Of a stretch of DNA of 64,000 nt, positions 1-10,199 are shown piece by piece (positions within the stretch are counted from its first letter, which is position 1; every line of letters begins with the position of its first letter). The stretch comes from Roseibacillus sp. (lineage in GTDB: Bacteria; Verrucomicrobiota; Verrucomicrobiia; Verrucomicrobiales; Akkermansiaceae), in NCBI GenBank assembly GCA_965242925.1, contig CBDEUM010000034.1, positions 32,001 through 96,000 of the forward strand. The letters run 5' to 3'. A program made the position numbers and the translations under genes. Below the pieces are notes generated by a model. The model did no database searches and was not told the origin of the DNA. It saw only the letters and a program-made list of their open reading frames with translations.

Positions 1-1
1 T

Positions 2-406
2 GCGGAGCCGGAACCTGTTTCCAATAAAGAGCGCCTGGAATCCCTGGCTGGTGCCGCCCAGGGCGTCGAAGATGCCGTCGACCTCATTGGAGTCCGCCGC
101 GCTGTCGACACGACGGGCCCAGAAGCTGAAAGAAAAGTCTTCGAGACCAAATGCCGGAAAGGAGTCTTGCGAGATTGTCACGACCTCCTCCGGGACCGCA
201 CCGCTCACGCCGATCGAGATGGCCTCACCAGTTGGACTGCCTGGATCCACCTCCACATTGGTGCCGCCCACCCCGTTCGCTCCGTTTCCGGACCGGTCAT
301 CATAACGGTTGGGAGATTCAAAATCCCAGTAGGCGGCCAACTCTGCACGCGCCGGTAAAAGGATACCTGCAGCAGCCATGATGGCCGCTATCGTCCGAAC
401 TATCAT
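2..406 (-). CDS. Secreted LamG/concanavalin-A-like jelly-roll protein, 5' part only (runs off the window start)
   Basis: Not in the ORF track because no stop falls in the window. Manual translation from ATG at 406: MIVRTIAAIMAAAGILLPARA-ELAAYWDFESPNRYDDRSGNGANG...DFSFSFWARR. This is a signal peptide plus the 'L.AYW.F...D.SGNG' and 'FSFSFW' LamG start motifs. Confidence 0.85.
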   Translation of the reverse strand, partial: MIVRTIAAIMAAAGILLPARAELAAYWDFESPNRYDDRSGNGANGVGGTNVEVDPGSPTGEAISIGVSGAVPEEVVTISQDSFPAFGLEDFSFSFWARRVDSAADSNEVDGIFDALGGTSQGFQALFIGNRFRLR

Positions 407-450
407 TGTATGGACAGGGGCGAGAGAGTGTTGTGTGAGACGGGCCGATG

Positions 451-1143
451 TTATTGCCGCCTTCGGCGAAGTGCGAGTAATCCGGTGCCCACCAAAGCGA
501 GCAGGGCACCCGAAGGTTCCGGGATTACGCTGCCTTCGACGGTGAGTCCATTGATGTGGAAGTTGCCCGTGGAACCCTGACCGGCATTACGCGGGGTGAA
601 GCGGATCTCCACGCTGCTGGCGCCCATGATCGACTCGTTGAATTCGCGCAGGATGGGCACCCCGGCCCCGGTACCCTGCGTCTGCACCGCGTCGTAGAGT
701 TCGAACGGACCGGAATCGACGCTGACGTCGAACGCGATACCATTTGGTGCGCCGCCACCATTGCGCCACAGGTTGATGGAAAGAGTGTCGATATTCAGGG
801 TGTTTCCAGCATTTGCAGCGAGGGTAAAGAAGATGTAGTGGTCATTGATTCCATCGCCACCACGGTCGAAGTTTTTGACGTTGAGTTCACCTGCAACCGC
901 GGTGCCCACACCGCCCGGAGCGACGGCTGTGGAATAGGTTAGCCCGACATGATCCAAGTCGGAGGAAGAGAGACCGGCTGCCGCGTTGGCATTGGTTGAG
1001 AGAAGCAGCGGGTGAGGTGGAGGTGTGTTCTCACTGCCGACCGGTTCAGCAGGAATCCCGCTGAAATCCCAATCGACCAGGACGGCAGCGTTTGCGGAAA
1101 CCTGTGCAATGAGAACGAGGGAAGCGATGACGACAGTTTTCAT
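451..1143 (-). CDS. PEP-CTERM sorting domain-containing protein
   Basis: Signal peptide MKTVVIASLVLIAQVSANA; C-terminus IPEPSGALLALVGTGLLALRRRRQ (PEP motif, TM helix, Arg cluster). Confidence 0.95.
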   Translation of the reverse strand: MKTVVIASLVLIAQVSANAAVLVDWDFSGIPAEPVGSENTPPPHPLLLSTNANAAAGLSSSDLDHVGLTYSTAVAPGGVGTAVAGELNVKNFDRGGDGINDHYIFFTLAANAGNTLNIDTLSINLWRNGGGAPNGIAFDVSVDSGPFELYDAVQTQGTGAGVPILREFNESIMGASSVEIRFTPRNAGQGSTGNFHINGLTVEGSVIPEPSGALLALVGTGLLALRRRRQ

Positions 1144-1256
1144 GCAGCGATTATGATCAAGGTTGATTAGATGAATTAGTATCCTCAGGTGTTTTCTACG
1201 ACAAGAAAATTGGAGCGCAGGTCATCCCCCTTTCCCTCACTCCGTTCAGTTCCGCG

Positions 1257-1700
1257 TTGAGTCCGCACCAGCAGCCTCTGCCTGGGTGCGGGCAGGGTGA
1301 ACTGGTCTGGCTTTTTTGCCTCGCCCCATGCGGTCCTAACGGCCACGAAGAGAAGTCATCCGAAAGGAAGACGGAAGCAAAAGCTAAATCTCCAGAACCA
1401 AGACAAGTTGCCAGGAAGAAGGCCGAAGCTGACAGGAAATCTGCTCAATCGAAAAGGGCTGCCCAGGAGAAAAGAGGCAAAGAGGCGACTGCTGCTGAAA
1501 AGGCCATAGAGGAAGCTCTGCGGAGGACGGTTGAAGCCAGAACAGAATCCCGCTCAAATGCGCGACTGAAAGAACGAAAACCGAAATCTCTGGATCCGGG
1601 TTTGTCCTTGGATTTAAACCTCTTCGCCCTTTCTCCTGGAGCTTCTAAATCGTCATCACTCGACCTCCTTCAGAGGCTTGCTGATGGACCAGATCCATGA
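1257..1700 (+). CDS. Possible hypothetical Lys/Glu/Ala-rich protein
   Basis: 147-aa ORF filling an intergenic gap, with a charged helical-looking middle; no recognisable motif and start unclear. Confidence 0.3.
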   Translation: MSPHQQPLPGCGQGELVWLFCLAPCGPNGHEEKSSERKTEAKAKSPEPRQVARKKAEADRKSAQSKRAAQEKRGKEATAAEKAIEEALRRTVEARTESRSNARLKERKPKSLDPGLSLDLNLFALSPGASKSSSLDLLQRLADGPDP

Positions 1701-1828
1701 CCCCGTGTGTCTTCCAGGAACGCCATCTCGGAAAAGGATTTCCCTAGCATTATTCCTGGTAAGAGATAAAAATATCCGGGGGAAACAGGGATTAAAAACC
1801 AATCTCCCAGCAAGAGCAGTCAATTTCC

Positions 1829-4800
1829 ATGAAGCGAGTTCTCGCCCTAATGCTCAGCCTCAGTCCCTCTGTGGGGTTGGCAGCTTCTCCGACGGTGACC
1901 AACGTCACACCCGTTCCGGGCACGGTGAGCGAGCTTTCCCCGATCACGATCACCTTCTCGGAGGCTGTCAGAGGTGTGGAGGCGTCCGATCTTATCATGA
2001 ACGGTGTGGCGGCCAGCACGGTTTCCGGATCCGGCGACGAGTATGCCTTCAGCTTCGTCTCTGTTCCGCTTGGGTTGGTGACCGTGACGTGGGGGTCCAA
2101 TCACGATATTACGGATGCAGAATTGCCCGCCAATGCCTTCGATTCTACCGCCCCGGGAGAAGTCCGGCACTACGTCGTTGTCGATCAGGAGGCGCCCACC
2201 ATTATCAATCGATCTCCAGTAGCAGATGGCAGACTGCGCGGCCTGACAGAAGTTTCGGTCACCTTCTCCGAACTCATCACCGGCCTCGAGGCTGCAGATC
2301 TCACCGCCAATGGCGCTCCTGCCACCTCTCTCACGGGAGAGGGCGCCGGTCCCTATCTCTTCACCTTTGGTTCCATCGCCGATGGCCCGGTCACCCTCTC
2401 GTGGGCTGCCGGACACGCCATTGCGGACCTCGCATCCAATGCACTGATCGGCGAAGACTGGTCCTACATCCTGGCGTCCAACGCACGCATTCCGAATGTC
2501 GTCATCAACGAATTGATGGCCTCCAACCGCTCCGGTCTGACCGATGAAGATGAAGAGCACTCCGACTGGATCGAACTCCTTAACAGGGACAATTCCGCCG
2601 TCAACCTTCTTGGCTGGTCCCTCAGCGACGATATTGATGAACCCGGTAAATTTGTTCTCCCGGACAGGACTCTGCAACCTGGTGCCAGGCTCCTTGTCAT
2701 TGCTTCGGGCAAGGATCGCTCTCCATCGGGCGAGGCAGAGATCCACACCAATTTCAAGCTGGCGGCCTTCGGCGAGTACCTCGGGCTTTTCCCTCCGGAG
2801 CTTCCCCGGGAAGCGGTAGACGAGATCGCTCCGGCCTATCCGGTCCAGCGCATCGACCATTCCTATGGTCGCGAAAACAACGGCGAAATATGGCGCTATT
2901 TCGCCAGTCCCACTCCACGGGTTTCAAACAGTTCACAGTCCCTGATCCTCGGCCTCCTCGGATCACCCCATTTCAGCAGTTCCCGCGGATTCTATGCTCG
3001 ACCCTTTAACCTGCGTCTCACGGCACCCGATCCCCAATCGGTTATTCGCTACACCACCGACGGGAGTGAACCCACCGCCGGGAGCGGAAGAATCTATTCC
3101 GCTCCCATTCCCGTCGAAGCGACCCGCATCATCCGCGCTGCTGCCTTCCGCCGGAACTACCTCCCCTCGGAGATTATCACCCACAGTTATTTCTACGATG
3201 AAGCACCGGGGGTTCCCGGGTGGGTGGTGACCTCCAGTGCGATTCGCTCCCTCCCCATCATCTCCGTCAGTACCGATGACTCCAACCTCTGGGGACCCAC
3301 CGGCATTCAGACACCCGGCAATGCCGCTCAGCGTGGCATCGCCTGGGAACGTCCTGCTTCCGTCGAGTTGATCCGCCCCGACCAGAGTGGTTTTCAGGAG
3401 AACTGCGGGATCCGTGTGCAGGGCGGCGACCACATCCGGGGGCGCTATAATCCCAACAGTAGTCCACCGGCGTCCAAGTACTCGTTCCGCATCTACTTTC
3501 GCGGCGACTATGGGGCAACCATGCTCCACTTCCCTTTCTTCGAGGGATCCGAAGTGAAGGATTTTGACCGCTTCACTCTTCGTGCCGGAATGAACGATCA
3601 CTCCAATCCCTTTGTCGTGGACGAGATGGTCCGCCGCATGCAAATCGCGACCGGCAATATCGGAGCGAGAGGAAATTTTGTGAACCTCTTCATTAACGGC
3701 CAATACAAAGGCTACTACAACGCCACGGAACGCATCGATGACGACTTCATGCGATCCTGGCACGGCGGAGAAAACGACTGGGACGTCATCGCACAATTCG
3801 GAGAAGTCCGGGAAGGCGACTCCCGGGAATGGCAACGCATGATGGGAGTCGTCAGGCGCGACCAGAGCAATATCAGCAACTATCGCAGATCTTCCATGCT
3901 GCTCGATATGGACAACTTCATCGACTACCTCCTGGTCAATGTCTATTGCGGCACCACGGACTGGCCGCACAACAACTGGCGGGCAGCTCGAGAGCGTGCT
4001 TCTCGTGCGAAGTTTCGGTTCTACGTCTGGGACGCCGAACATGCTCTTGGCAGAGGCGGAAGTGTCGAAGGTAATACCCTCACCAGTGCGCTCGCGGGCG
4101 GTTCTGAGATCGCGCAGATGTATCAGGCCCTGGTTCAAAGTCCGGAGTTCCGCTTGCGCTGGGCGGACCGCGCCCACAAACATCTGTTCAACGGCGGCGC
4201 CTTGACAGACAGGACACACAACCTGAATTTCCGGCTCCTCCGACGGGAGATGCGAGCCGTTATCCCCCACATGGACGACTCCGTTATCAGGCGCTGGATT
4301 CCGCATCGGCGCACTGCCATCATCGGTCACATGCGAAGCGCCGGACTCTACAGGTCTGACGAAGCACCGGAAATGCGGCCCTTCGGCGGCGCTGTTACGC
4401 CGACCGACCTGATCGAGCTGTCTTCCATCGGCGATGGCATTTACTACACCACTGACGGAAGTGATCCACGTGCAACAGCCACACCACAGAATCCACTGGG
4501 TAGCGTCTCCCCTCAAGCCGCTCTCTACACCGGCCCATTCACACTCAACGGCACGAGCACGATTAAATGCCGCTCACTTTCCGGAGCCGACTGGAGCGCG
4601 CTCACCGAGGCCGAATTCCTTCAGGAACCCCCATTCCCGAACCTCCGCATCACCGAGATCATGTATAATCCACCCGGAGGCAGTGCCTACGAGTTCATCG
4701 AGCTGCATAATCCATCCAGCCACCCGATCGATCTTGGACACTTCAGCTTCCAGGGCATCACCTGGGAATTCCCGGGCGACGCGACTCTGAGGCCCCAACA

Positions 4801-7177
4801 GCGGATTATCCTGAGTTCCAATGATGATCCACAGTCCTTCGCTCAACGGTATCCGGGGGTTGGCTCCTACGGCACCTTTGGGGGCAGCCTTTCCAATGGT
4901 GGAGAACGCCTTGCTCTGGTCGACGCCTTTGGAAACAATATCATCTCCGTCCGTTACAACGATCGCGCTGGCTGGCCCCGCTCTGCGGACGGCGGCGGCT
5001 ACTCGCTGGTGCTGCGGGACATCGACGGAGACCTCAACGATCCGACCTCCTGGGGCGCGAGTCCTCAGGTGCACGGTTCGCCGGGCAGGGGAGATTCCGC
5101 CGAGGTTCGCGCCAGTGTCGCCATCAACGAGGTGCTTGCCCATAACGAGAGCGCCGTTGCACATGGCAATGAGTTCCCTCCCTTTGTTGAACTCCAAAAC
5201 CCCGGTGGAAGCGCCGTTGATCTCAGTGGTTGGAGCCTGAGCGACGATGCCGACCTCCCTCATAAGTTCAGCTTTCCTCAAGGGGCCTCCATCGAAGGCG
5301 GTGGACATCTCCTGGTCTGGTGCACCAATCCCATGGGCGCGCCCGGCTTGCATTCCGGCTTCGAGTTAAGGTCTGAGGGTGGGTTCCTCTTTCTCACGAA
5401 TTCGTCAGGGGTCCAAACCGACGCCGCCTCCTACGGGTTGCAGGTCGCGGACTTCTCGATCAGCAGGAACGAGAGGAACTGGAGCCTCACCGTCCCCACC
5501 CCTGGAAGTCCTAATGGCGCTGCCGTTCCTCTCGCCTCCCAATCCGAACTCACTATCAACGAGTGGGTCACCAACCGCATTTCTGGCGAAGGAGACTGGC
5601 TCGAACTCCACAATAAGGACGCCAACCGCCCTGTCGCTCTGCGGAATCTCTATTTCGCCAGTGATCAATCCGTCTATCGCTACGGAGCGATCTCATTCAT
5701 GGCCCCGCGCGCATTCCAGCGCTTCTGGGCCGATGAAGGTTCCGGCCCCGAGCATCTCGGATTTCGTCTTCCGGCCTCCGGGGGCACCCTCCAACTGATC
5801 GAATTGAACGGCGTGCTGATCGAAAATTTGAGACACACCGCGCAGGACGAGAATGTCGCAAGCGGTCGCTTGCCCGATGGATCCACCACGGTGCACCACT
5901 TCACCAACTCTTCCAGTCCCGGCGCCTCCAACTACCTGAACGTAGTTTCCGGTCTGAGCATCTCCGAGCTACACGCGGATTTAAACGGCGGGGGCCGCGG
6001 ATGGGTTGAGATCTCTAACAGCACACCCCATCCCCTCTCCCTGAGCGGATGCTCCCTCGTGGTGGGAAATCGTGATAGCACGCACTGGACCTTCCCGTCC
6101 GACCTTTCCGTCCCGGCCAGCGGATTCCTTGTGATCGCCTGCGACCCTACCCGTGTGCCCTCTTCCTCCCCGGGGGGGCTCAATACAGGACACTCTCTTC
6201 CTGGCATCGGCGGTGAAATCTATTTCTTCGATGATGCGGCTCGGGAGATTGATCGCGTGCACTACGGCGCACAGGTTCCCGGTCTCTCCATTGGCTCGGC
6301 CCTCGATGGCAACTGGAGATTGCTGTCGTCGCCGACTCCGGGTGAGGTTAATGCCCCAGCCGCTTTGCTTGGAAATAGACGGCTTCTCTCCATCAACGAA
6401 TGGCTGGCCAAAGCACCGCTCGACCTCGAAGATTTTGTAGAACTCTATAACAGTTCGGATCGTCCCGTCGCGTTGCACCTGCTCTGCCTGACGGACGACC
6501 TGTCCAGCACCGGGTTCAACCAGTTTTCATTCCCCGAACTCAGCTACATTGCGCCACGCGGATTTCTCGTGCTCCTCGCCGACGGAGGATCTGGCGTCGG
6601 GCATCTTCCCTTCCGTCTGCACGCGATGGGTGATGCACTGCGGCTCTACCAGGACGCCGACGGCAGCTCGATCATCGACGAAGTGAGTTGGGGTGTGGAA
6701 GAGGAAGGGGTGTCGAGCGGTCGCCTCACGGATGGAGGTTCCGATCTCGGCCCCTTGCAGTTCCAATCGCCGGGAGGATCTAATCGGATCAACCCCAATG
6801 CCGATCGCGACGGGGACGGGATGTCGGACTCATGGGAAACCGCGCATGGGCTCGATCCCGACTCGGCGGCTGACGCAAATTTTGATCTCGATGGCGACCA
6901 CCGAACGAACCTCTACGAATACCGAAGCAACACCGATCCCGGCGACGCCACTAGCTTCCTCCAGTTTTCTGCATTCTCGCACGACGAGACCGAAATTGCG
7001 CTGAAGTTCAACGCCCAACCCGGCATCCGCTACAGGATTGAGCAGAGTGACAACGGGATTGACTGGAGCGCCTTCAGCGTCATCCCGGCCGGGCCCGCCA
7101 TGCGCATTGAGAGACTCAGTGACCTGCACGGCGGCTCCAGCGAATTCTATCGCCTCGTCGCCGAACGGATGCCCTGA
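1829..7177 (+). CDS. Secreted multidomain protein: Ig-like repeats, about 6 lamin-tail domains, Fn3-associated/chitobiase-like domains, CotH kinase domain, DxDxDG Ca-binding repeats, C-terminal module
   Basis: Signal peptide; LTD starts VVINELMASN, LRITEIMYNP, VAINEVLAHN, LTINEWVTN, LSISELHAD, LSINEWLAK; IRYTTDGSEPT; CotH motifs WERPASVE, KYSFRIYFR, TDWPHNNW, WDAEH; DRDGDGMSD; ends EFYRLVAERMP. Confidence 0.9.
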   Translation: MKRVLALMLSLSPSVGLAASPTVTNVTPVPGTVSELSPITITFSEAVRGVEASDLIMNGVAASTVSGSGDEYAFSFVSVPLGLVTVTWGSNHDITDAELPANAFDSTAPGEVRHYVVVDQEAPTIINRSPVADGRLRGLTEVSVTFSELITGLEAADLTANGAPATSLTGEGAGPYLFTFGSIADGPVTLSWAAGHAIADLASNALIGEDWSYILASNARIPNVVINELMASNRSGLTDEDEEHSDWIELLNRDNSAVNLLGWSLSDDIDEPGKFVLPDRTLQPGARLLVIASGKDRSPSGEAEIHTNFKLAAFGEYLGLFPPELPREAVDEIAPAYPVQRIDHSYGRENNGEIWRYFASPTPRVSNSSQSLILGLLGSPHFSSSRGFYARPFNLRLTAPDPQSVIRYTTDGSEPTAGSGRIYSAPIPVEATRIIRAAAFRRNYLPSEIITHSYFYDEAPGVPGWVVTSSAIRSLPIISVSTDDSNLWGPTGIQTPGNAAQRGIAWERPASVELIRPDQSGFQENCGIRVQGGDHIRGRYNPNSSPPASKYSFRIYFRGDYGATMLHFPFFEGSEVKDFDRFTLRAGMNDHSNPFVVDEMVRRMQIATGNIGARGNFVNLFINGQYKGYYNATERIDDDFMRSWHGGENDWDVIAQFGEVREGDSREWQRMMGVVRRDQSNISNYRRSSMLLDMDNFIDYLLVNVYCGTTDWPHNNWRAARERASRAKFRFYVWDAEHALGRGGSVEGNTLTSALAGGSEIAQMYQALVQSPEFRLRWADRAHKHLFNGGALTDRTHNLNFRLLRREMRAVIPHMDDSVIRRWIPHRRTAIIGHMRSAGLYRSDEAPEMRPFGGAVTPTDLIELSSIGDGIYYTTDGSDPRATATPQNPLGSVSPQAALYTGPFTLNGTSTIKCRSLSGADWSALTEAEFLQEPPFPNLRITEIMYNPPGGSAYEFIELHNPSSHPIDLGHFSFQGITWEFPGDATLRPQQRIILSSNDDPQSFAQRYPGVGSYGTFGGSLSNGGERLALVDAFGNNIISVRYNDRAGWPRSADGGGYSLVLRDIDGDLNDPTSWGASPQVHGSPGRGDSAEVRASVAINEVLAHNESAVAHGNEFPPFVELQNPGGSAVDLSGWSLSDDADLPHKFSFPQGASIEGGGHLLVWCTNPMGAPGLHSGFELRSEGGFLFLTNSSGVQTDAASYGLQVADFSISRNERNWSLTVPTPGSPNGAAVPLASQSELTINEWVTNRISGEGDWLELHNKDANRPVALRNLYFASDQSVYRYGAISFMAPRAFQRFWADEGSGPEHLGFRLPASGGTLQLIELNGVLIENLRHTAQDENVASGRLPDGSTTVHHFTNSSSPGASNYLNVVSGLSISELHADLNGGGRGWVEISNSTPHPLSLSGCSLVVGNRDSTHWTFPSDLSVPASGFLVIACDPTRVPSSSPGGLNTGHSLPGIGGEIYFFDDAAREIDRVHYGAQVPGLSIGSALDGNWRLLSSPTPGEVNAPAALLGNRRLLSINEWLAKAPLDLEDFVELYNSSDRPVALHLLCLTDDLSSTGFNQFSFPELSYIAPRGFLVLLADGGSGVGHLPFRLHAMGDALRLYQDADGSSIIDEVSWGVEEEGVSSGRLTDGGSDLGPLQFQSPGGSNRINPNADRDGDGMSDSWETAHGLDPDSAADANFDLDGDHRTNLYEYRSNTDPGDATSFLQFSAFSHDETEIALKFNAQPGIRYRIEQSDNGIDWSAFSVIPAGPAMRIERLSDLHGGSSEFYRLVAERMP

Positions 7178-7473
7178 CAGCTCCTGAAGGCGATCAGCAA
7201 GAGGCCCAGCATGGAGCCCAGGTGATCCGTTCACGAGCCAGCTCCTCACCTCTGGGGCGGGTTATTCCCGCATCGCGGGCGGTGGCACGCTTCTGTGTTT
7301 CGCAGACTAATGTCTCAGGTCATCGACAGACGGAAGGCCTGGCATCTATCAGAGGAGATCGGTTGCGATCATTCCTGCCACCCTGCCGGAGACAGAGGAG
7401 CCAGCACCCAGGTCCAGGGATCAGGATGCGCGGTTGCTGTCCGTTGAACCCCAAGAAAGCGGAGCAGGGTCTG

Positions 7474-8373
7474 TCACCGTTTCTTTCCAGTCAACCGGTC
7501 CAGAAACTGGCAGAGTTTGTCTGTCGCAGGATCATCGGGTTTTCCCAAGTCGTTATTGAGCCGGCTGTGGTTGGAGTCCCCGTTGCCATAGGCCTCGACC
7601 GGAATCCCCGATTTCTTCAACGCTTCTTGGAGACATCTTGCCTGGGCTCTCGTATTTGGATTGCCGGGAAAATAGAGGATGAGAAAGGGAGGGATACCCT
7701 TACCCTTCGCGACGTGAGTGACCGACGAGAAATTGACGTGCTTCTTCGGATCGTTTCCGAACTTCTGCCGGTGCCCGAAGCCGGGGAGTCGGCCCTCGTA
7801 CAATTGCTGACGCAATTCAGCCGTCGTGATTATCTTAGGGATGTCGTAAGTGTCGCCGTCTACCGGCACGCATCCCTTGAGGGCCTCAAAGGATACGTTC
7901 TCTTTTTCCAGGTAGCTGTCATCGGTGCAGACCAGCGCCGCGAGCTGAGCGCCCGCCGAATGCCCGCCCACGAAGATCTGCTCCGGATCGCCTCCGAATC
8001 TGCCGATATTTGCGTATACCCAACCGAGCGCCTTGGCCACATCACCGATGAGGACGTCCATCGTTACACCGGGCAGGAGTCGGTAATTGGTCGAAACAAA
8101 GATGAACCCACGCTCCGTCAACGCTTTTGGCTTCAATCCGACCTCGCTCTTGTCCCCGGCCTGCCATCCTCCGCCGTGAATCCAGAACATAACGGGAAGA
8201 CGCTTCTTACTCGATTTGGAAGGTGTGTAGACATCCAGGATCTGGCGGTCATGACCGGACTCCACATAGGGGATGTCAGGCTTCAGTTTCTGGGCCAATG
8301 CAAGCTCAGGAAGGAACAGAAGCGAGAGCAAAGGAAGGACAGAGAACGATTTCACGATGCGAAGCCCTACCAC
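7474..8373 (-). CDS. Secreted alpha/beta hydrolase (HSL-like/BD-FAE-type carboxylesterase)
   Basis: LDVY, IHGGGW oxyanion motif, NYRL, GHSAG nucleophile elbow; N-terminal signal peptide. Confidence 0.9.
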   Translation of the reverse strand: MVGLRIVKSFSVLPLLSLLFLPELALAQKLKPDIPYVESGHDRQILDVYTPSKSSKKRLPVMFWIHGGGWQAGDKSEVGLKPKALTERGFIFVSTNYRLLPGVTMDVLIGDVAKALGWVYANIGRFGGDPEQIFVGGHSAGAQLAALVCTDDSYLEKENVSFEALKGCVPVDGDTYDIPKIITTAELRQQLYEGRLPGFGHRQKFGNDPKKHVNFSSVTHVAKGKGIPPFLILYFPGNPNTRAQARCLQEALKKSGIPVEAYGNGDSNHSRLNNDLGKPDDPATDKLCQFLDRLTGKKR

Positions 8374-8495
8374 ACTGCGGGAAGCAGGGGAAGCGGCACC
8401 CGATCCTCATATCTCTGCATCAGGGGACGGGAAACAGGGTGTGGGGAGGTTTGGCTTTGCCCCCTCCGCCAAATGGGTGGTAAGGATGAGGCGAA

Positions 8496-9803
8496 ATGAG
8501 AAGGCTCGCTCTGCTGTTTGCTGCGCTGCTCGTCGCGGGGTTCGGTGAGAAGTTGTCGGGTGAAACAGAGCGGGTCTGGACCAGGGCCGACGGTAAGAAG
8601 CTCACAGGCACCCTGGAGGGCCAGGGGGAGGGTTGGGTAAAACTCAGGATAAAGGATAAGGTCTACAAGGTGAAGTTCGAGAAACTCAGCCAAGCCGACC
8701 AAGACTACCTCAGGACCCAGACCGGCAGTAAGCAGTCCGCCAGAAGGAAACCTGATCCCGGTGAGAAATATATCTGGGAGATCGGGACGATAGACAATGG
8801 AGGAGTTGTAGACACCTCCCCCTCCCTGGCCTTCAGGCGCTCCGGCCAACCAGCGATCTCGTATTATGACGGATCCAGCCGGGCCCTGAGATACGCCTCG
8901 TTTGACGGGTTTAATTGGATCACTGAAACGATCGCCCGCGAAGGGGATGTTGGGGACTCCACCTCGCTGGCCTTCACCCCTTCCGGTCAACCAGCGATCT
9001 CGTATTATGACTTAACGAATAAGGACCTGAAATACGCGTTGTTTGACGGGCGGAAGTGGACGAGCCAGACAATCGACAGCGAAGGGGATGTCGGCAAGTA
9101 CATCTCGCTGGCCTTCAGTCGCTCCGGTCAACCAGCGATCTCGTATTACGACTTAACCAACGGGGATCTGAAATACGCGTCGTTTGACGGGCGGAAGTGG
9201 ACGATCCAGACAGTCGACAGTGAGGGTCGGGTCGGCTGGTTCAACTCCCTGAGCTTTAGTCCCTCAGGCCACCCCGCTATTTCGTATCATAAATACCCAA
9301 ATGACCTGAAATATGCCTCCTTTAACGGGCGGAAGTGGGCCACTGAAGCAATCGACAGCGAAGGCGGAAGCCCCGCTGCAAACACCTCCCTCAAGCATGG
9401 CCCTGACGGGCATCAAGCGATCTCCTATTCTGACGACACCAACAAGGACCTGAAATACGCGTCTTATGACGGGCGGAAGTGGACGACCCAGACAATCGAC
9501 AGTAAAGGGCGGGTTGGCAGTTTCACCTCGCTGGCCTTCAGAGGCTCCGGCCAGCCAGCTATCTCTTATTGCGACTTCAGGGACCTGAAATACGCGTCTT
9601 ATGACGGGCGGAGCTGGACCACGCAAACAATCGAGAGGGCAGGGCAGATTGGCGGGTATACCTCGCTGGCCTTCAGCCCCCCTGGTCAAGCTGGCATCGC
9701 ATATGTTGACAAGTTTAGCGGAGACCTGAAATACGCCTACGAGGTGATCGTAAAGAAAGAGGGGGCGGTTTTGAAGAGCGCATCCGAGAATGCGGAGAAG
9801 TAA
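8496..9803 (+). CDS. Secreted SHD1-domain protein with seven ~47-aa tandem repeats (probable 7-bladed beta-propeller)
   Basis: Signal peptide; R.WT..DGKKL.G...KLSQADQDYL (SHD1-like); seven repeats W..(Q/E)TID..G.VG..TSLAF..SGQPAISYYD....LKYASFDG. Confidence 0.85.
   Translation: MRRLALLFAALLVAGFGEKLSGETERVWTRADGKKLTGTLEGQGEGWVKLRIKDKVYKVKFEKLSQADQDYLRTQTGSKQSARRKPDPGEKYIWEIGTIDNGGVVDTSPSLAFRRSGQPAISYYDGSSRALRYASFDGFNWITETIAREGDVGDSTSLAFTPSGQPAISYYDLTNKDLKYALFDGRKWTSQTIDSEGDVGKYISLAFSRSGQPAISYYDLTNGDLKYASFDGRKWTIQTVDSEGRVGWFNSLSFSPSGHPAISYHKYPNDLKYASFNGRKWATEAIDSEGGSPAANTSLKHGPDGHQAISYSDDTNKDLKYASYDGRKWTTQTIDSKGRVGSFTSLAFRGSGQPAISYCDFRDLKYASYDGRSWTTQTIERAGQIGGYTSLAFSPPGQAGIAYVDKFSGDLKYAYEVIVKKEGAVLKSASENAEK
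8775..9743 (+). repeat. Intragenic tandem repeat, about 141-bp unit x7
   Basis: tccggtcaaccagcgatctcgtatta occurs at 8982 and 9123 (offset 141); ctcgctggccttca and gacctgaaatacgc recur. Confidence 0.9.
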
Positions 9804-9846
9804 TCCCCACGATCCGTATGATGGCAGGGTGGGGGATGGGGCAATA

Positions 9847-9935
9847 CTCCACGCTTAACCGGAAGAAGGCGGCATTGTCTGTCCGGGCGAACTCCAGGGA
9901 GATGCTGCCGTCGATCACGGGCACCGATTGGGCTT
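9847..9935 (-). pseudogene. Orphan 3' fragment of an exported-protein C-terminal module
   Basis: Minus strand reads EAQSVPVIDGSISLEFARTDNAAFFRLSVE, resembling the F-x-R-L ends of other proteins here; no upstream gene body. Confidence 0.4.
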
Positions 9936-9957
9936 CACGACGAAGGGAGCAGAGGCC

Positions 9958-10008
9958 CAAAACAAAAACGATCTGCAAGCCCTCATCAAAGGGCGCTGCA
10001 GATCGTTT
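9958..10008 (-). terminator. Rho-independent terminator downstream of the small lipoprotein gene
   Basis: Stem aaacgatctgca (9966-9977) / tgcagatcgttt (9997-10008) with inner gccct/agggc pairing; on the minus strand the stem runs into TTTTTGTTTT. Confidence 0.75.
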
Positions 10009-10067
10009 CGTGATCTTTTGAAAGCTTTACCAGTGTCCAATGACAATGGAATGAGCCCTTTTAGCGA

Positions 10068-10199
10068 TTACTTGTGACTGTGCCCAGCGCCGCCGGTGCA
10101 GCACTTGCCATCAGATCCACAACAATTGGATGTAGCACATGAGTTTAAGGAAAAAGTAACCATTGCAACTGCACCGATCAGAATGAGAATTTTTTTCAT
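10068..10199 (-). CDS. Small (43 aa) Cys/His-rich lipoprotein
   Basis: Manual translation: MKKILILIGAVAMVTFSLNSCATSNCCGSDGKCCTGGAGHSHK*. It has a basic N-terminus, hydrophobic core and lipobox-like LNS-C, with a terminator downstream. Below the ORF-track length cutoff. Confidence 0.8.
   Translation of the reverse strand: MKKILILIGAVAMVTFSLNSCATSNCCGSDGKCCTGGAGHSHK

Noticed and set aside
8775..9743. Regular DNA repeats as a CRISPR array
   Set aside because: The unit is an in-frame 141-bp coding repeat without unique spacers, and there are no cas genes.
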